From Octopus sinensis (taxonomy: Eukaryota): a stretch of 64,000 nt of DNA. The first letter of the stretch is position 1. Each line of letters begins with the position of its first letter. Under the pieces are notes generated by a model. The model did not search any database. It was not told where the DNA came from and saw only the letters and a list, made by a program, of their open reading frames with translations. This document shows, piece by piece, positions 26,217-39,918 of this stretch. The stretch lies in contig NC_043007.1 in the NCBI RefSeq assembly GCF_006345805.1, forward strand, positions 42,532,001 to 42,596,000, given 5' to 3'. The translations under genes and the position numbers were made by a program.

Positions 26217-26304
<88 letters not shown>

Positions 26305-26309
26305 TATAC

Positions 26310-26398
<89 letters not shown>

Positions 26399-26528
26399 CA
26401 TATATACATATATATATATACATATACATATATACATATATATATATACATATACATATATATATATATATATCATCATCATCATCATCATCATCATTTA
26501 GCGTCCGTTTTCCATGCTAGCATGGGTT

Positions 26529-26566
<38 letters not shown>

Positions 26567-26726
26567 GACAGGCTTCTTTCAGTTTCCGTCTACCAAATCC
26601 ACTCACAAGGCTTTGGTTGGCCCGAGGCTATAGTAAAAGACACTTACCCAAGGTGCCACGCAGTGGGACTGAACCCGGAGCCATGTGGTTGGTAAGCAAG
26701 CTACTTACTACACAGCCACTCCTGCG
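26000..26726 (-). mobile_element. Family-A CORE-like SINE with an expanded internal (TA/CA)n tract and a nested RTE tail fragment (26473-26532)
   Basis: Head ggttccgggttcagtcccactgcgtggcaccttggg and tail ggtgctccagcatg..gcagtcaaatgactgaaacaagtaaaagag on the minus strand. Confidence 0.88.
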
Positions 26727-27449
26727 TCTATATATATTTTATTTCTTAGAAGTATTTTAAAGAGACATTAACCACAGCCATGAGCCAAACACTGTGCTAT
26801 GTAAGGCTGAGAACAATGTATTTATTATACTTTCCCTGATGTAGAAACTCATATTCTCCAACTTGAAATTTGTTTTACTCTGGACCAACTCACTGGTGCT
26901 TACTGTTTTCTAACAAAGGTACAGTGTCACATGCATTTTGGGAAGGTACAATTGATGACCTCAGAAGTTAATCAGTACTTTGGATGAATGAAAGGCAAAG
27001 TTAACCTCAGTATGATTTGAACTCATAACATAAAGAGCTGTAACTAAAGCTTTGACATTTAGCAGCTGACTTTGTAGAAACCAATAAGATTATCTACCAC
27101 CTTTCCAAAACTTTGGCGACATCTTTTGAATTCAGTAGCTCTACCACCCATGAACATGCTTTAACTTTTGTAAGTATTAACGATCAGATTGGTTGTTGAC
27201 TACCAGGACAGTGTATCTTACAAAAATTCCATGCTTCCTGAAATTTACCCTGACATACTTATACAACCTTTCCGCTTTAACTCTTCACTTATCTGTCTTT
27301 TTGCATTTATTTTGTGTAGAGTGCATGTATTTTTGGTAATCTTTGCTGTTTTCCTTTATTTGACTTGTATGGCTGCTTTTTATCCCCTTGTTTTTACCCT
27401 TTTCCAACAGGTTATAGTATACCTGAGCACTATTATTATTATTATTATT

Positions 27450-27848
27450 AAGGTGGCAAGCTGGTAGAATTCTCAGCACGCCGGACAAAATTCTTAGCAG
27501 TATTTCATCCATCTTTACGTTCTGAGTACAAATTCCGCCGCCATGGTTGACTTTGCCTTTCATCTTTTCAGGGTCAATAAAATAAGTACCAGTCAAGCCC
27601 TGGGGTTGATGTAATCAACTAGTCTCCTTCCAAAATTTCAGGACTTGTGCCTTTACTAGAAAGGATTATTATTATTATTATTATTAAGGCAATGAGCTAA
27701 CAGAACCAGTAGCATGCCATGCAAACTATTTAGTGACATTTCATCCATCTTTACAGTTTGAGTTCAAATTCCACTGAGGTCACCTTTCATTTTTGCAGTG
27801 TCAATAAAATAAGTGCTTAGTCAAGTACTGGGATCAATGTAATTTTGA

Positions 27849-27879
<31 letters not shown>

Positions 27880-27880
27880 G
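27450..27880 (+). mobile_element. Two tandem family-B SINEs joined by (ATT)n
   Basis: aaggtggcaagctggtagaa..gag(t)acaaattcc..gcctttcatc..gtcaataaaataagtaccag, repeated after the attattatt run at ~27665. Confidence 0.8.
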
Positions 27881-28562
27881 TCGTCGTGGTCGTCGTCATC
27901 ATCATCATCATTGTTGTCATCATAATACATCTTGCCAGGCACTTTCATATCAACCATTCAAATGTAAAGCTAAATAATGGGCAAAGTAGAATTTGAATTT
28001 TAAACCTTCTAATCAACCTCTCAGCCAAAATAAGGAATTGTAACTTAAATGGAGATCAGAAAATGAGCTACTTGTTTAAAAAAAAGTATAGAATTGACTA
28101 ACATATTGCTAAATTATTAAAACATAAAACAACTGAGGTACTTCTACCAATATTGAATGCACAAACGTCCAGCCTATAGGCTTTTGTCAACTGTTAAGCA
28201 CCATCTCATAAACTAAGTGAAAATACTCTAATTACCAGAAAAGTCCTTTTTTTTTAATCATTAGATAAAGCTGAAATAAATCAATAGGTGGTGATGATCA
28301 AGTTTAGTTTTAAGACTAGATAAGATCTAAGCAAGGCAAATGTAAATAATTATGAGTTTACCACTACACATAAAGACAGATGAATTTCAATTTAATTCTC
28401 CACAACAAGACTTCTTTAAAAACAACTAATTTTCTTAAGCCCAGTAAAAACAGTTCAAACACAAGCATCATACAGTCTGCCTTTCGGAGAGAAATTTTTG
28501 TTCCCAACACAGAGAATACATATTTAAACTTTCTCCACCCTGTTCTTACACGGGCTACTATA

Positions 28563-28956
28563 CTCTCTCTCTCTTTTACTTGTTTCAGTCATTTGACTGC
28601 AGCCATGCTGGAGCACTGCCTTTAATCGAGCAACTCGACCCTGGGACTTATTCTTTGTAAGCCCAGTACTTATTCTATTGGTCCCTTTTGCCGAACTGCT
28701 AAGTGACGGGGACATAAACACACCAGCATCGGTTGTCAAGCAATGCTAGAGGGACAAACATAAACATACATGCACACATATATATACATATATACGACAG
28801 GCTTCTTTTAGTTTCCGTCTACCAAATCCACTCACAAGGCTTTGGTTGGCCCGAGGCTATAGTAGAAGACACTTACCCAAGGTGCCACGCAGTGGGACTG
28901 AACCCGGAACCATGTGGCTGGTAAACAAGCTACTTACGACACAGCCACTCCTGCAC
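28563..28956 (-). mobile_element. Family-A CORE-like SINE, young copy
   Basis: Near-identical to the 26000-26726 copy outside the microsatellite. Confidence 0.88.
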
Positions 28957-29159
28957 CACTATATTTGAGAACAACAGCCAACACTACCAATTAGGCCATC
29001 TAGATAACAGAAACTACCTACCACCTGTAGGGATCTGCCTGAGCATTTGAGAACAACTATTTCCCATGTCCTCTTAAAGTTTATTGCTCAAACACAGCGG
29101 CCACATACAAAATTTGCTTTCTCTGTCAATCTCCCAATAATTCCATCCCATTTTTAGCT

Positions 29160-29650
29160 AGTACCTTTGTTTGGCTCAAGCTAGGAAGGACATCTTTCTC
29201 CCAGCCATTGGTTACATCTGACATCCTTTCATAGTAACACTTCTGTGCTTTTTCTTATCAGGATCATTAAGTGCAAGTGCTCCATTGTTCATCCATACAC
29301 ACTTCTCACCCACAATGTCTTGATTCTCTCTGGTACCTTGCTTTGCAATTTAGAATACTTCTCACCTCAGATCTGCACAGTGTAGAACATTGGTAAACCG
29401 CTCATGATCTGCTTCTCCCCTTGCTAAGTAAATTTGTTGTTGCCAGCTATTTTCTAACTATCTGGGAAAATTCTCTGCTAACCCTTTCTATCAATTTTTC
29501 CAAGCCTGCCTCTTTGCTTTAATGGTTCTATCTACTTCACTCTCTCACCATTACTTCATATTTGGTCTACAAGGAATCTTGCACCAGCCACCAACACTAT
29601 CTGTAGCCCTCAGTCATTTATACAGTAAATCTCTGTCTCTTCCTTCCTCT
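29160..29650 (-). mobile_element. RTE LINE internal fragment
   Basis: Minus translation RENQDIVGEKCVWMNNGALALND..HYERM..V.N.WE matches the same segment of ORF 6328-6942. Confidence 0.7.
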
Positions 29651-30442
29651 CATCAAATGCTTAACTAGTACTTACTACTAATATTGGATTGTATGTTCTT
29701 TATTGGGGAAAAACTTGGCATTCACCACCATTTTCTGTTTCAGTTCCTATGCATGCATACATACATAAACACACACCCACATTTATATACAAACATATAT
29801 ACAGATATGAGTGCATGCACACACACACACATTAAGAACTATTCAACATAAGTCAACTAACATTCCATTATTTACAGAGATCAACTTTATTGGATTGTAA
29901 ACCTACGAAATCACTAAAGTTTCTTCATGAATATACTAGCAATTCTATGCAAAACTACTAGAAACATTTTATTTAATGGTTTTAAAAGACCTACAAATAA
30001 TTCTGCACAAAACTACAACCAATTTTGTGGGTAAACAATGTAGTAGACAATACTTGTATCGAAAATGCTCAACATTTCTCAGGACAACCAATAATTCTAT
30101 GGAAAGTGACCAATAATAGTACACAACATAAGACCAGCTGTATATAGAACAAACAACAATACTATGCACTTTTACAAATAGTACTTGAAACAGGAAAAAA
30201 TGTTTAATAAAAAACCACAAACCAATATTACCACCTTTGACATCCAATGCTATCATTACAGACAGAAAAACATAAAAAAAAAGTCCCTCACAAAATGATA
30301 AAACAATAGTTTAATATAAAAGTAATTTCAATACAAAAAAGAAAAACTTCTTACAAGTTTACATTACTGATACATGATTGATATAACTATGTAAAAACAG
30401 ACAAAGGCAGAAAACTGCATAACAAAATAATTTACTGATTAA

Positions 30443-30662
30443 CACTTTAGCATTTAAGACAGCCATATCTGACCAAGATTATCAATCTATTTCATATTCA
30501 AACAGACTAGATCCAGCCTCTCACACCTACCCTACAATGTCATTCTAAAAATAAACAATCACATCATCAAAATATTGAAGCTATGAGATAATGCATGATA
30601 AATTCAAAACAATGTGAAAAAATAAGCATTATATTTGACAGAGAAATCTTAATGCTAAAAGG
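30443..30662. mobile_element. piggyBac-like MITE (220 bp)
   Basis: ttaa|cactttagcattta ... ttaatgctaaaagg|ttat: imperfect TIRs with a TTAA-like TSD. Confidence 0.5.
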
Positions 30663-31699
30663 TTATGTCATTTAAACAACTATAAAAAAAAAAACAATAT
30701 ATACAGTTATTTTCATGTGTATAGAAACTAATAATATTTTATCTCATAAATTTTAGAAGAGATTTTAAAAACCATAAGAAGAATTTTACCATTCTGTTAA
30801 CAACATTACAAACAGTTGGCATTAAAATCCACATCTGTGCTCCAAACACCATGTTGAACATAAAGCTACACAAAACTCAGATCTAACATAAACTTGCAAG
30901 CCACATATCCATATAAAACAAAATGCCACAGATCTATGTAAAATTACAAACCTGCAACGACATATTTTTTCAGAAAACCAACAATATGTACATAAATACA
31001 AACATACACAAATATATGTGTTGTGTGTATGTATGCATGTATGGAAAACTGACATCAGTTCAATAAACATAAAGACTAGCACTACAGTTCTTCACAACAC
31101 TAACATGATAACTTTGTAGCTTTACACAATGCTTATATGTTCATTCTACACTACCCTAACACAGTAATTTTACACAATACAAACACAGTCGTTCTACACA
31201 TACCTAACATTGGTCCAACAGAAAACTACAAAAGCAAATAAATAAAAACACCAACAATATATGTACGAGTATAGAACCAAAGAGAAGAGGTGAGGTCTCT
31301 GTATGTATCTACATGTATGTATATACCTGTAGGCATGTGTAAATATTTGTGTCTGTATGTATATAGAATGTTTAAGATATGTTGAGACTGTTCAATGATC
31401 TGTAGAGAGGGGCTGGGGTATGTGCAAGCAAAGAATGTACACAAAAGTACAGACTACCACAAACAAATTCGTTCTGTAAACCCATTAGATAAACAAAAAA
31501 TAAAATAATTCTATTTCTTTGCACCACAAATGAAGAAGTCAAAGAACAGATAGTTATACATATGGAAATGCATAGGAAAAAATCTCTATGCAACAGCAAC
31601 ATGTTTGCAATATGATTATTTTTATCACAATGTTATCACATTAATAGCATCAACTTCTTTTAAATATGAATTATTTCACGTTCTCACAAAGTTTCTAAA

Positions 31700-31806
31700 C
31701 ACTTAGGATGCAAACAAAATTTCTATACATATATATGTACGTATATATATATATGTTATGTGTACATATGTTTATATGTATATTATATACATATACATGT
31801 GTGTGA

Positions 31807-31853
<47 letters not shown>

Positions 31854-32100
31854 TACACATATATACATATATATACATACATATATATACATATATATAC
31901 ATACATATGTATGTATATATAAATATATACTTATGTATGTGTACATATATATGTGTACATACATACATATATATATATGATACATATACATACATATATA
32001 CTATATATACATACACATGTATGTACATACACACATATATATACATATACATACACACACACACACATATATACACACACACATATATATATATATATAT
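31700..32100. repeat. Compound (TA)n/(CA)n/(TACA)n microsatellite
   Basis: Seen directly; source of the YIYI/HTHT ORFs. Confidence 0.95.
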
Positions 32101-32255
32101 AGTGGCTGTGTGGTTAGTAGCTTGCTTACCAAGCACATTGTTCAGGGTTCAGTCTCATTGCTTGGCACCCTGCGCAAGTGTCTTCTACTACAGCCTCGGG
32201 CCAACCAGAACCTTCTGAGTGGATTTTGTAGATGTAACACTGAACGAAGCCCTTC

Positions 32256-32303
<48 letters not shown>

Positions 32304-32554
32304 ATATATATATATTTATATATTTGTGTGTGTGTGTTTGTGAGTGTGTGCATGTGTGTGTGTGCATGTATATGTTTGTGCATCTCTGTTTGTACCCCTA
32401 TCATCACTTCACAACTGATGCTGGTGTGCTTAGATCCCCATAACTTAGCGGTTCGGCAAAAGAGACCGATGGAATAAGTACTAGGATCACATAGAATAAA
32501 TCCTGGGGGGGTCAATTTGCTCGACTAAAGGTGGTGCTCTAGCACAGCTGCAGT

Positions 32555-32603
<49 letters not shown>

Positions 32604-33030
32604 TCAGCACAAATATATATATATATATATAGATGTACATCTAATATGTACACATATATACATGCATACATATATACACCCATACACACACACATATATA
32701 TGTAGGTACAGGTGTGGCAACAAACTTGGTTCCAAAATACATGGTCCTGGGTTCAGTTCCACTGTGTGCTGACTTCGTATGTGCCTTCTGCTATAGCCTC
32801 AGACCAACCAAAGCTTTGTCAGTGGATTTTGCAGACAGAAACTGAGAGAAAGCTATCGTATATATATGTATGTATATGTGTAAGTGTATGTGTTTGTCTT
32901 TGTCTCTGTGTTTCTCCCTCACAACTGCTGTTCATTTATTTACATCCCCATAACTTACTGGTTTGACAAGAAGAAACTGATAGAATAAGTACCAGGCTTA
33001 TCAAAATAAAAAAAAAGCACTAGGCAGTGT
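32100..33030 (+). mobile_element. Two family-A SINEs (32100-32557 and 32709-33030) separated by microsatellite
   Basis: Each has gggttcagt..cca/ctc, ggcaagtgtcttcta and gtggattt..gtagac blocks and the family tail. Confidence 0.8.
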
Positions 33031-33135
33031 CTCATATTTCTGTTTGCCCACTCAGTTGTACCTAACAATTTATCTTTGTGTGTGTGTATGTATAATACAC
33101 ACACATATACAAGTATGTATATGTGCATATTCATA

Positions 33136-34786
33136 TCTATTATATAAAAATCAATGTCTTTATGTGTGTTCATGAGTTACTTATACATTTGAAAACTGCT
33201 GCATCGATCCTAATGAAATTTGGAACACAAAATCCAAGCCTAGGGAGAAGGGTAATGCTGTGTGTTTCATACAATTTCATGGACCAAAATTACTGAATGG
33301 ATCCTTATGATATTTGGAACTTAGTTTCAATGCATAAGGGTGGGTATAATGCAATATGTTTGGTTTGAATTTCAGATGGTTTAAAGGGGGCAAAACCCCC
33401 ATGAAAATTCATAAATTTTCGATGTTTATGAAATTTCAACCATGGGAAATTGACACACATCAAGAAGTACTCATAAAGTTCCACTTCTCATGAGGATTCT
33501 AAGACACCCTAATGGGGGCCTTAATTCCCAAATTTTAGTCATTTCTTTTATGCTCCAAAACTAGGTCAAAAGTACTGAATGGAAATTATATTCTATGCAT
33601 AAGGGCCATAACCCCCATGACAATTCATATATTTTTGCTGTTGATGAAATTTTAACCATAGATATCAGACACAAATGAAATAATATTTCTAAAATTTCAT
33701 CTTCTTACAAGTTAGAAACACCCTTTCATGGGGACTTAACACCCACAATTTAGTCATTTTATCTAAGCAAAGATGAATACAGTTATACTCTTGGAAGCTG
33801 TAGGGTCAGTTGAGCATAAAAGATGAGCATTATTTGTAATTCAATGGTACAACAGTGTAAGAGTTTGCTTTGACATATACTTAGATTGTAATTTCTGCAA
33901 TGTGGTGCATAAACTGTCAAGTAAATGAGAGGCATATATGACCCAACTGATTCAGTTGCAAAGTGTTGAGTAAAGTTATTTGGTTGCAGACCTCCTTTCA
34001 GTCTTTTTATTATCACTGGGTCACACATATTCCCCAGATTGTAACATTGATTTCAGGGCCTTCCCAGATAAGTGATTGGTTATTCAAAGACATTTATAGA
34101 TTGTAAATTTATTCTGTCCAGTTACATATAAATATAGTGGTCATTTGCAAACTCCAGAGGTGACACTTCCATTTCTCCTTAGCCCTCACGTCACACAGTT
34201 GTTAATGCTTGAGTTGGGTCATACCCTTCCAATTGCTATAGATCAGAAATGCATCTTACAGCTGTGTCTGTCACCTGTATCGTGAGGAATCCTACATTGG
34301 GAGTGGTAACAACTAGGGTATGGTAGCTGACTGCGTATTGTGATCATTCATCTTTTGGTTTCCTGTAGCTTTGCTCTCTTTTACAAACCCAGTGAACATA
34401 TATTTCCTATTTCAAAGAAATTCAAACAATAGATATAAGACCCAAGTTAAAAAGATTCTTAACAATTCAACTTAGACACCCACCCCCCAATAGGGACCTT
34501 AACTTCCACATTCTAGAGCTCCATGACCTCCATTTTTCAGGAGCAAAATCCTTTTAGCAGGTTCTATAAGACTGGAATTTTGGAATCTGCACATAAAAAT
34601 CAGTTGTATGAGATACATGTGTCATGATTACAATTGTTTTAGGGTGTGTAAAGAGGGAAAGAACACTCATCTGCAATTTTGATGAAACTCAAATCATAGA
34701 TAGTCCTGTTCATTACAGAAAATATAACAGAAAAGTCTAATTCTTCAATTGCATGTAACACGGGCAACGCCGGGTATCTCTGCTAG
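33136..34786 (+). mobile_element. Non-autonomous Helitron (~1.65 kb)
   Basis: 5' a|TCtattatataaaaa; 3' GC-rich imperfect hairpin cgggcaacgccggg about 10 nt before CTAG|t; inserted between A and T; carries a gatcctaatgaaatttgg motif typical of Helitron/HINE 5' regions. Confidence 0.65.
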
Positions 34787-34793
34787 TACACAC

Positions 34794-34849
<56 letters not shown>

Positions 34850-34854
34850 CACAT

Positions 34855-35835
34855 CTTTTTATTTTTTCTGTAGTTTCAGCTCAGAGCTGCGGCCATGCTG
34901 ATGCACTGCCATTTTGCTATGCTGTTATTACTGAGAGCCTCCTCCAATATGTGGCACTTGGTGAAGAATAGAATTTGATGTAGCTACCCTCCTTTGCCTC
35001 TCTTGCCATGAGTTAGATTCCTCTTTACAGGAAGAGGTCCAGCTTTGATTTTAAAATGCCTACATCTACTTTGTGCAGGTTCCTCAGGCTCTTTGGAAGA
35101 ATATTAAAAAGCTGTGGGCCACTGAAACCCAGGCTGTTGCAGTAACTGGTCCTGAAATGCAATGGTGTTGCTGGGATCTTTGGCACTATGTAGTGTCATC
35201 CCGTTTTGGTATTGGTGTAGCTTTCAGTGCCAAATTTTGGCATTGAAATTCCTTTCAGGAACTTCCAGATGTATATTACTGCATACCTCTCCCGCCTTCT
35301 CTCCAGGGAGTAGAGTCTTAGCTGTTTCAGCTTTTCCCAGTAGCTGAGCAGTTGCAAAGAGATGATCTTCTTTGTGAATCTTCTCTGGATTGCTTCAAGG
35401 TCTGCTGTTCATTTCACACTATTGGGTTACTATAGCTGGGAATAGTAATACAGGTGGCTGAGGACAAATGTCCTCCAGAGGACCATCATCGTTTTCTTAT
35501 CTCTGGTTCTGAATGTTCTCAGGATCCATCCAGCCACTCATCTACACTTTGTCACCATTCTGGTAATGTGCACTTGGAAAGAGGTATCATTATGATACCC
35601 AGGTCCCTCACTGATTTAGGCTCTGGGATTGAAATTCCCTGTGGACCAGTGGACCCTGTAAGTTTCATATTCAGTTTTGGATGCTGGTAGAGCAGGGCTT
35701 GGAATTTTTCAGCATTAAACTGCATATTATTATCCTCAACTCATCTGTAAATTGAGTCCAACTCCTGTTGCAGATGTGCAACAACGCTGGGGTTCTGTAT
35801 TTTCTATGAGACTTTCATATCGTCTGTGTAGCTTG
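34855..35835 (-). mobile_element. Old 3' fragment of a CR1/L2-type LINE (same family as 45513-47030)
   Basis: Minus strand MQFNAEKFQAL.., LGF..P.LFNILP and the tail gtgcatcagcatggccgcagctctgagctgaaac. Confidence 0.8.
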
Positions 35836-36032
35836 CAAGGGTATATATCTATATCTATATATATATATATATATATATAGTGTACATTTAAGCACAAAAG
35901 AAAATTGCCTTCAATAGGCAGTTTTTACACGTTAGAGTAAGATATGCCATAATATACATCTGGAAGATCCTGGAAGGACTTGTCTCAAACTTTGGCATCA
36001 AGAGTTACACAAATACTAGAACTGGGCGCCAC

Positions 36033-36097
<65 letters not shown>

Positions 36098-39010
36098 CAA
36101 GTACAATATGAATTAAACAGATGACATAAGTAGAAGAAATAAGAAGCAGCCTTACCTTCAGAATTAATAATTGTTAGTATGCTAATGTTAGGCAGCTATT
36201 AATGTTCATCACACTGTGTATACAATACAGAGAGTACTTTCTGGACAGATGTTATTTAAAAGGATGTGCTTTAGTGAAAGATAAATTTTATATTGTGTGT
36301 ATTACAACTTTATAATTTAAAACTGTAAAATAAATTTTGCATTAAGTCTTCAAGATTTCAGTTGGATTTTGGAAGTTTAACCAGGATTCAATGCCATCAT
36401 CATCATTTCATATCCACTTATCCATGCTGGCATGGGATGAGTGGGTTAGTGTTGTAAAGAACTACGGCATTACTCTGACTGTTTATTGAACTGATTTAGT
36501 TCTCATTCGCTGCTTGCACCCTCCTAGACAGGTCAATAAAGTGTCATTCTTGTGTTCTATATTAGGCATCTTTTCTATGGCTGTATGTCTTTCCAACTAC
36601 TTCAAGAAATTATCATGATCTTGGTAAGAACAAAGAGTCCTTTCCAAACTATGTTGTCTCCATTCATTTACTAAGCATTTTACATAGCGCACTGGGTGCA
36701 TTTTATCGACGCATCAGTATTAGAGAGCTTGTCTTGATCAAGGCAAGACCAAAGAGTCATGGCTTTCCTATGCTGCCTTTGTTCATTCACCAATACCAGA
36801 AGGTTGTCATATTCTGAACAGATGGTGATCGTAATGCTATTCCACTCTACCTAAAAGCATTGAGTACTTTTTCACCTGCTTATAATTTATGCCAGTGTGA
36901 ACACACGATTGTGTGCGTGTGAGTGTGTAAAAGCACATCTGAATTTATAAACAGGAGGAACTTTTAAATATATACATGTTATATACTTATGCACTTACCA
37001 TGCAGATTTATGTGTGTGTGTGTGTGTGTGTGTGAGTGTATATATATATACATACTTGTATAGAGTTAGCAGATTCAGAGGAAACTAAACATTGACTGAC
37101 AAATGTGTGTGAGAGTGATTTTATCTATTAGGTAGTTGTTTTCTTCCTAGTCTAACAATTATGTGTGTGAATGTGTCCACTGTTTCAGATGTGGGAGATT
37201 GTATCTCATTAAGAAAGAGTTAGGATGGTAGCTAAGGTGATGAATAATGTTGAGTTGTTACAGAGGAAGTGTTGCCTATTATAAAACTGTAAATATATTA
37301 AGGGAATGAAGTTGAATTATATGATGTGCTCTAGGATGTGATGCATTTTAATTGTACAATATACATGTTTTATTGTCGTTTCCAGAAAGTACTATGTATT
37401 GCATGTTGAAAAATGTGTGATGTACATTTTGATGAAGTGATTTTAGTTATAATGAATTCAAGTAAATAAAAAGATTAAATACGCTGAGTGTAGCTAAAGG
37501 TTTAGCATTGAACAAACAATGAGACATTGCATGTTTATGGCAAAAAAAGAGTGTTTAAAAGCTGTGTGGATCAAAAAGGTTAGCAGGAGATTGATGGGGT
37601 TCAGTGAGAGGGTTGCTGTAATACATACTCATTGCTTTCATGTCAACAGGAGCGGCTGCCGGCTGTCAAAGTGGAAAGAGCAAGAGAAATAAGAGGAATT
37701 TGGAAACAGCACCATGCTCTGTGTGTCATCATAGCATTTAGTAAAAGACTGACTAAAAAGCAAAACAGCCAACAAGGGACATTACAGAATGGCAAACAAA
37801 TGTTAAAGGGTCAAGGGAAACACATCACAAACTTTAACAACAATCACATCAATAGCAATGCATATTAGTAAATATTCAAACTAGAGAACAGAAAGTAAAT
37901 CAAAGTAAGTTTGTTTTTGTTTCCAATAGACAAAATATCATTATATTGACTGGGAATTTCTTATTAGTAATTGTTCTGCAAACATAATTGTTTGTATAGT
38001 GTTCTTTTAGTTGGTATTGTGTAGCACTGTTCTACACTCAAGTAGGAGGCCAAAAGTAGAGACGCAAACAACTGAATACTTAAAGGCAATCCACTGATCA
38101 AGCAATTGGGAGGTACCACACTTGCGAGGTACCACACTTGCGAGGTACCACACCACAGTCTGCAAAACAATGATTGGTTGTATGAATGACAGTATCTGGA
38201 TATATTATTTAAAGTGAAGAGAGAAAGTTCTAGTGTGTTGAGTACTGTGAACTAGTCAGGGAATGTTAGGCAGGATACATCATGGGAATAAAAGAATGTT
38301 TCATCAGTTTTGCTTCTTATATCCATTTACATATAATCAAATATTCTGATAGGAAAGAGGGCTGTGTTCATGGTGAGATTCCCAAATCAACATAGTGCAT
38401 TTGCTAGAAAATGAAAACAAATCTATATAAAAAGCAAAAAAATAAATAGATAACAAAATAAATTTTAAAAAAAGCATTTTGTAAATTCTATAGTTTGGGT
38501 AATTTTTTTATACTTTCTTAAAATTAAAACTGCATCACACATGGCCATGCTGGAGTACTGTCATATGTTGGTGGGGTTTTCCATGGAAATACTTCAGATT
38601 TCATATATACATATGTCATAATAGAAATATATTTCTCAAAAAAGAAATCCTTGAAAAAGAGCAATAAATTTCATATAAGTTAGCAAGATGAGACTTCATG
38701 CAGCTAAATGAGACAAGAAATGTTAAGTAATAAAATTAGACATATTGAATCTAACTTTAGACAGTACTTCATGCATGAATCAAAAGAAACTTTTTAAATG
38801 ATCCACATTTCCAAACTGATAACAGAATCTTATGAATTAGAGAAAATGGTACACACACATGCACACACGGATCAATCTACATTCTTACTATCAATCAAAC
38901 TACAAATAGCATTCCACCAAATATATTTGGAGAGTGCTCTTTCTTTCGTTTGTCCACTTACTCATATATATATATATATAAATATCCAAATTTAGAGAAA
39001 GGAGTAAATA

Positions 39011-39288
39011 AAATTCAGGCTACATGTGTTTCGTAGGTAGTGGAACCTCGGAAGTAGTAATTATCCAAATGAGGGGTAATCCGCGAGCTTCTTGTCAAGC
39101 CAAAGATACCTTAGACAAATGAAGGCTACATTGTTGTCAAGGGATTCCATATTAACTTGCAGGAGGTTTGCAACCTTCATTTGACTTAGGTATCTTTGGC
39201 TTGATGAGTAGCTAGTGGATTACCCCCCATTTGGATAATTACTACTTCCAAGGTTTCACTAGCTATGAAACATATGTAGCCTGGATTT
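39011..39288. repeat. Imperfect 115-bp inverted repeat (39011-39125 / 39174-39288) carrying variant hammerhead motifs on both strands
   Basis: + strand 39198-39281: ggc-TTGATGA-g-tagctagtgga..ttcactagcta-t-GAAAC-atat-GTA-gcc. The minus copy has a more decayed core (ttgacaag). Confidence 0.75.
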
Positions 39289-39846
39289 TATCTACGCCTT
39301 TCCCTAAATTTGGATGTTTATTTGTATACACAGCAATCCCAGCTGCTAACTGTGAACTATAAAATAACTTTTTCCAGCTAATTGAACTTCAATATGGGAA
39401 AGTTTTATAAACTTTTATGTCAATGAACCACTATTGTTCCTGAAAGTTGTTTTCTATACCTTCTATACACAGCTCAAAGCTTACTAACTTCCTTCCTACA
39501 CCTTGATGCTTGGATCTTACCTTTACATATTACTATATATATATAATTTTTCGTTAGAAAAACATAAATCCAGAGAAGCACACTCTAAGAAGTAGAGCAG
39601 TCTATATTTATTACTGGTGAAGGCAGATTTATAGGGTTACCCTAAGTTTTTCCCCATAAAGGGTACCTTAATGGTGTATCTTCAAACCCTAAGACCTGTT
39701 GGCCTATGGCCTCTTTAAAATATGGCGGGGGTAACAATAGATATAAACAATAGGGGTTATGTCCTTTTGGTGCTGGTCATCGGCTTCCAGCTGTGTTGTC
39801 CTCCTTCAGCTATGCCATCTGTCAGCCATAAGGGTAAAAGGTAGGG

Positions 39847-39918
39847 GGTTATCCCCCACTCCTATCAGCAATCAATTTCCAGCTGGAAATTGATTGTTGA
39901 TGGGAGTGGGGGATAACC
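39847..39918. repeat. 72-bp near-perfect palindrome (36-bp arms, 2 mismatches, no spacer)
   Basis: ggttatcccccactcctatcagcaatcaatttccag / ctggaaattgattgttgatgggagtgggggataacc. Confidence 0.9.

Noticed and set aside
26137-26695. Long YIYI/HTHT/poly-I/poly-N ORFs here and at 13549, 31695-32515, 43747-45508 and 47455
   Set aside because: Translations of microsatellites, not genes.
38111-38154. 16-bp unit gaggtaccacacttgc repeated about 2.7 times
   Set aside because: Small local slippage duplication with no further structure.
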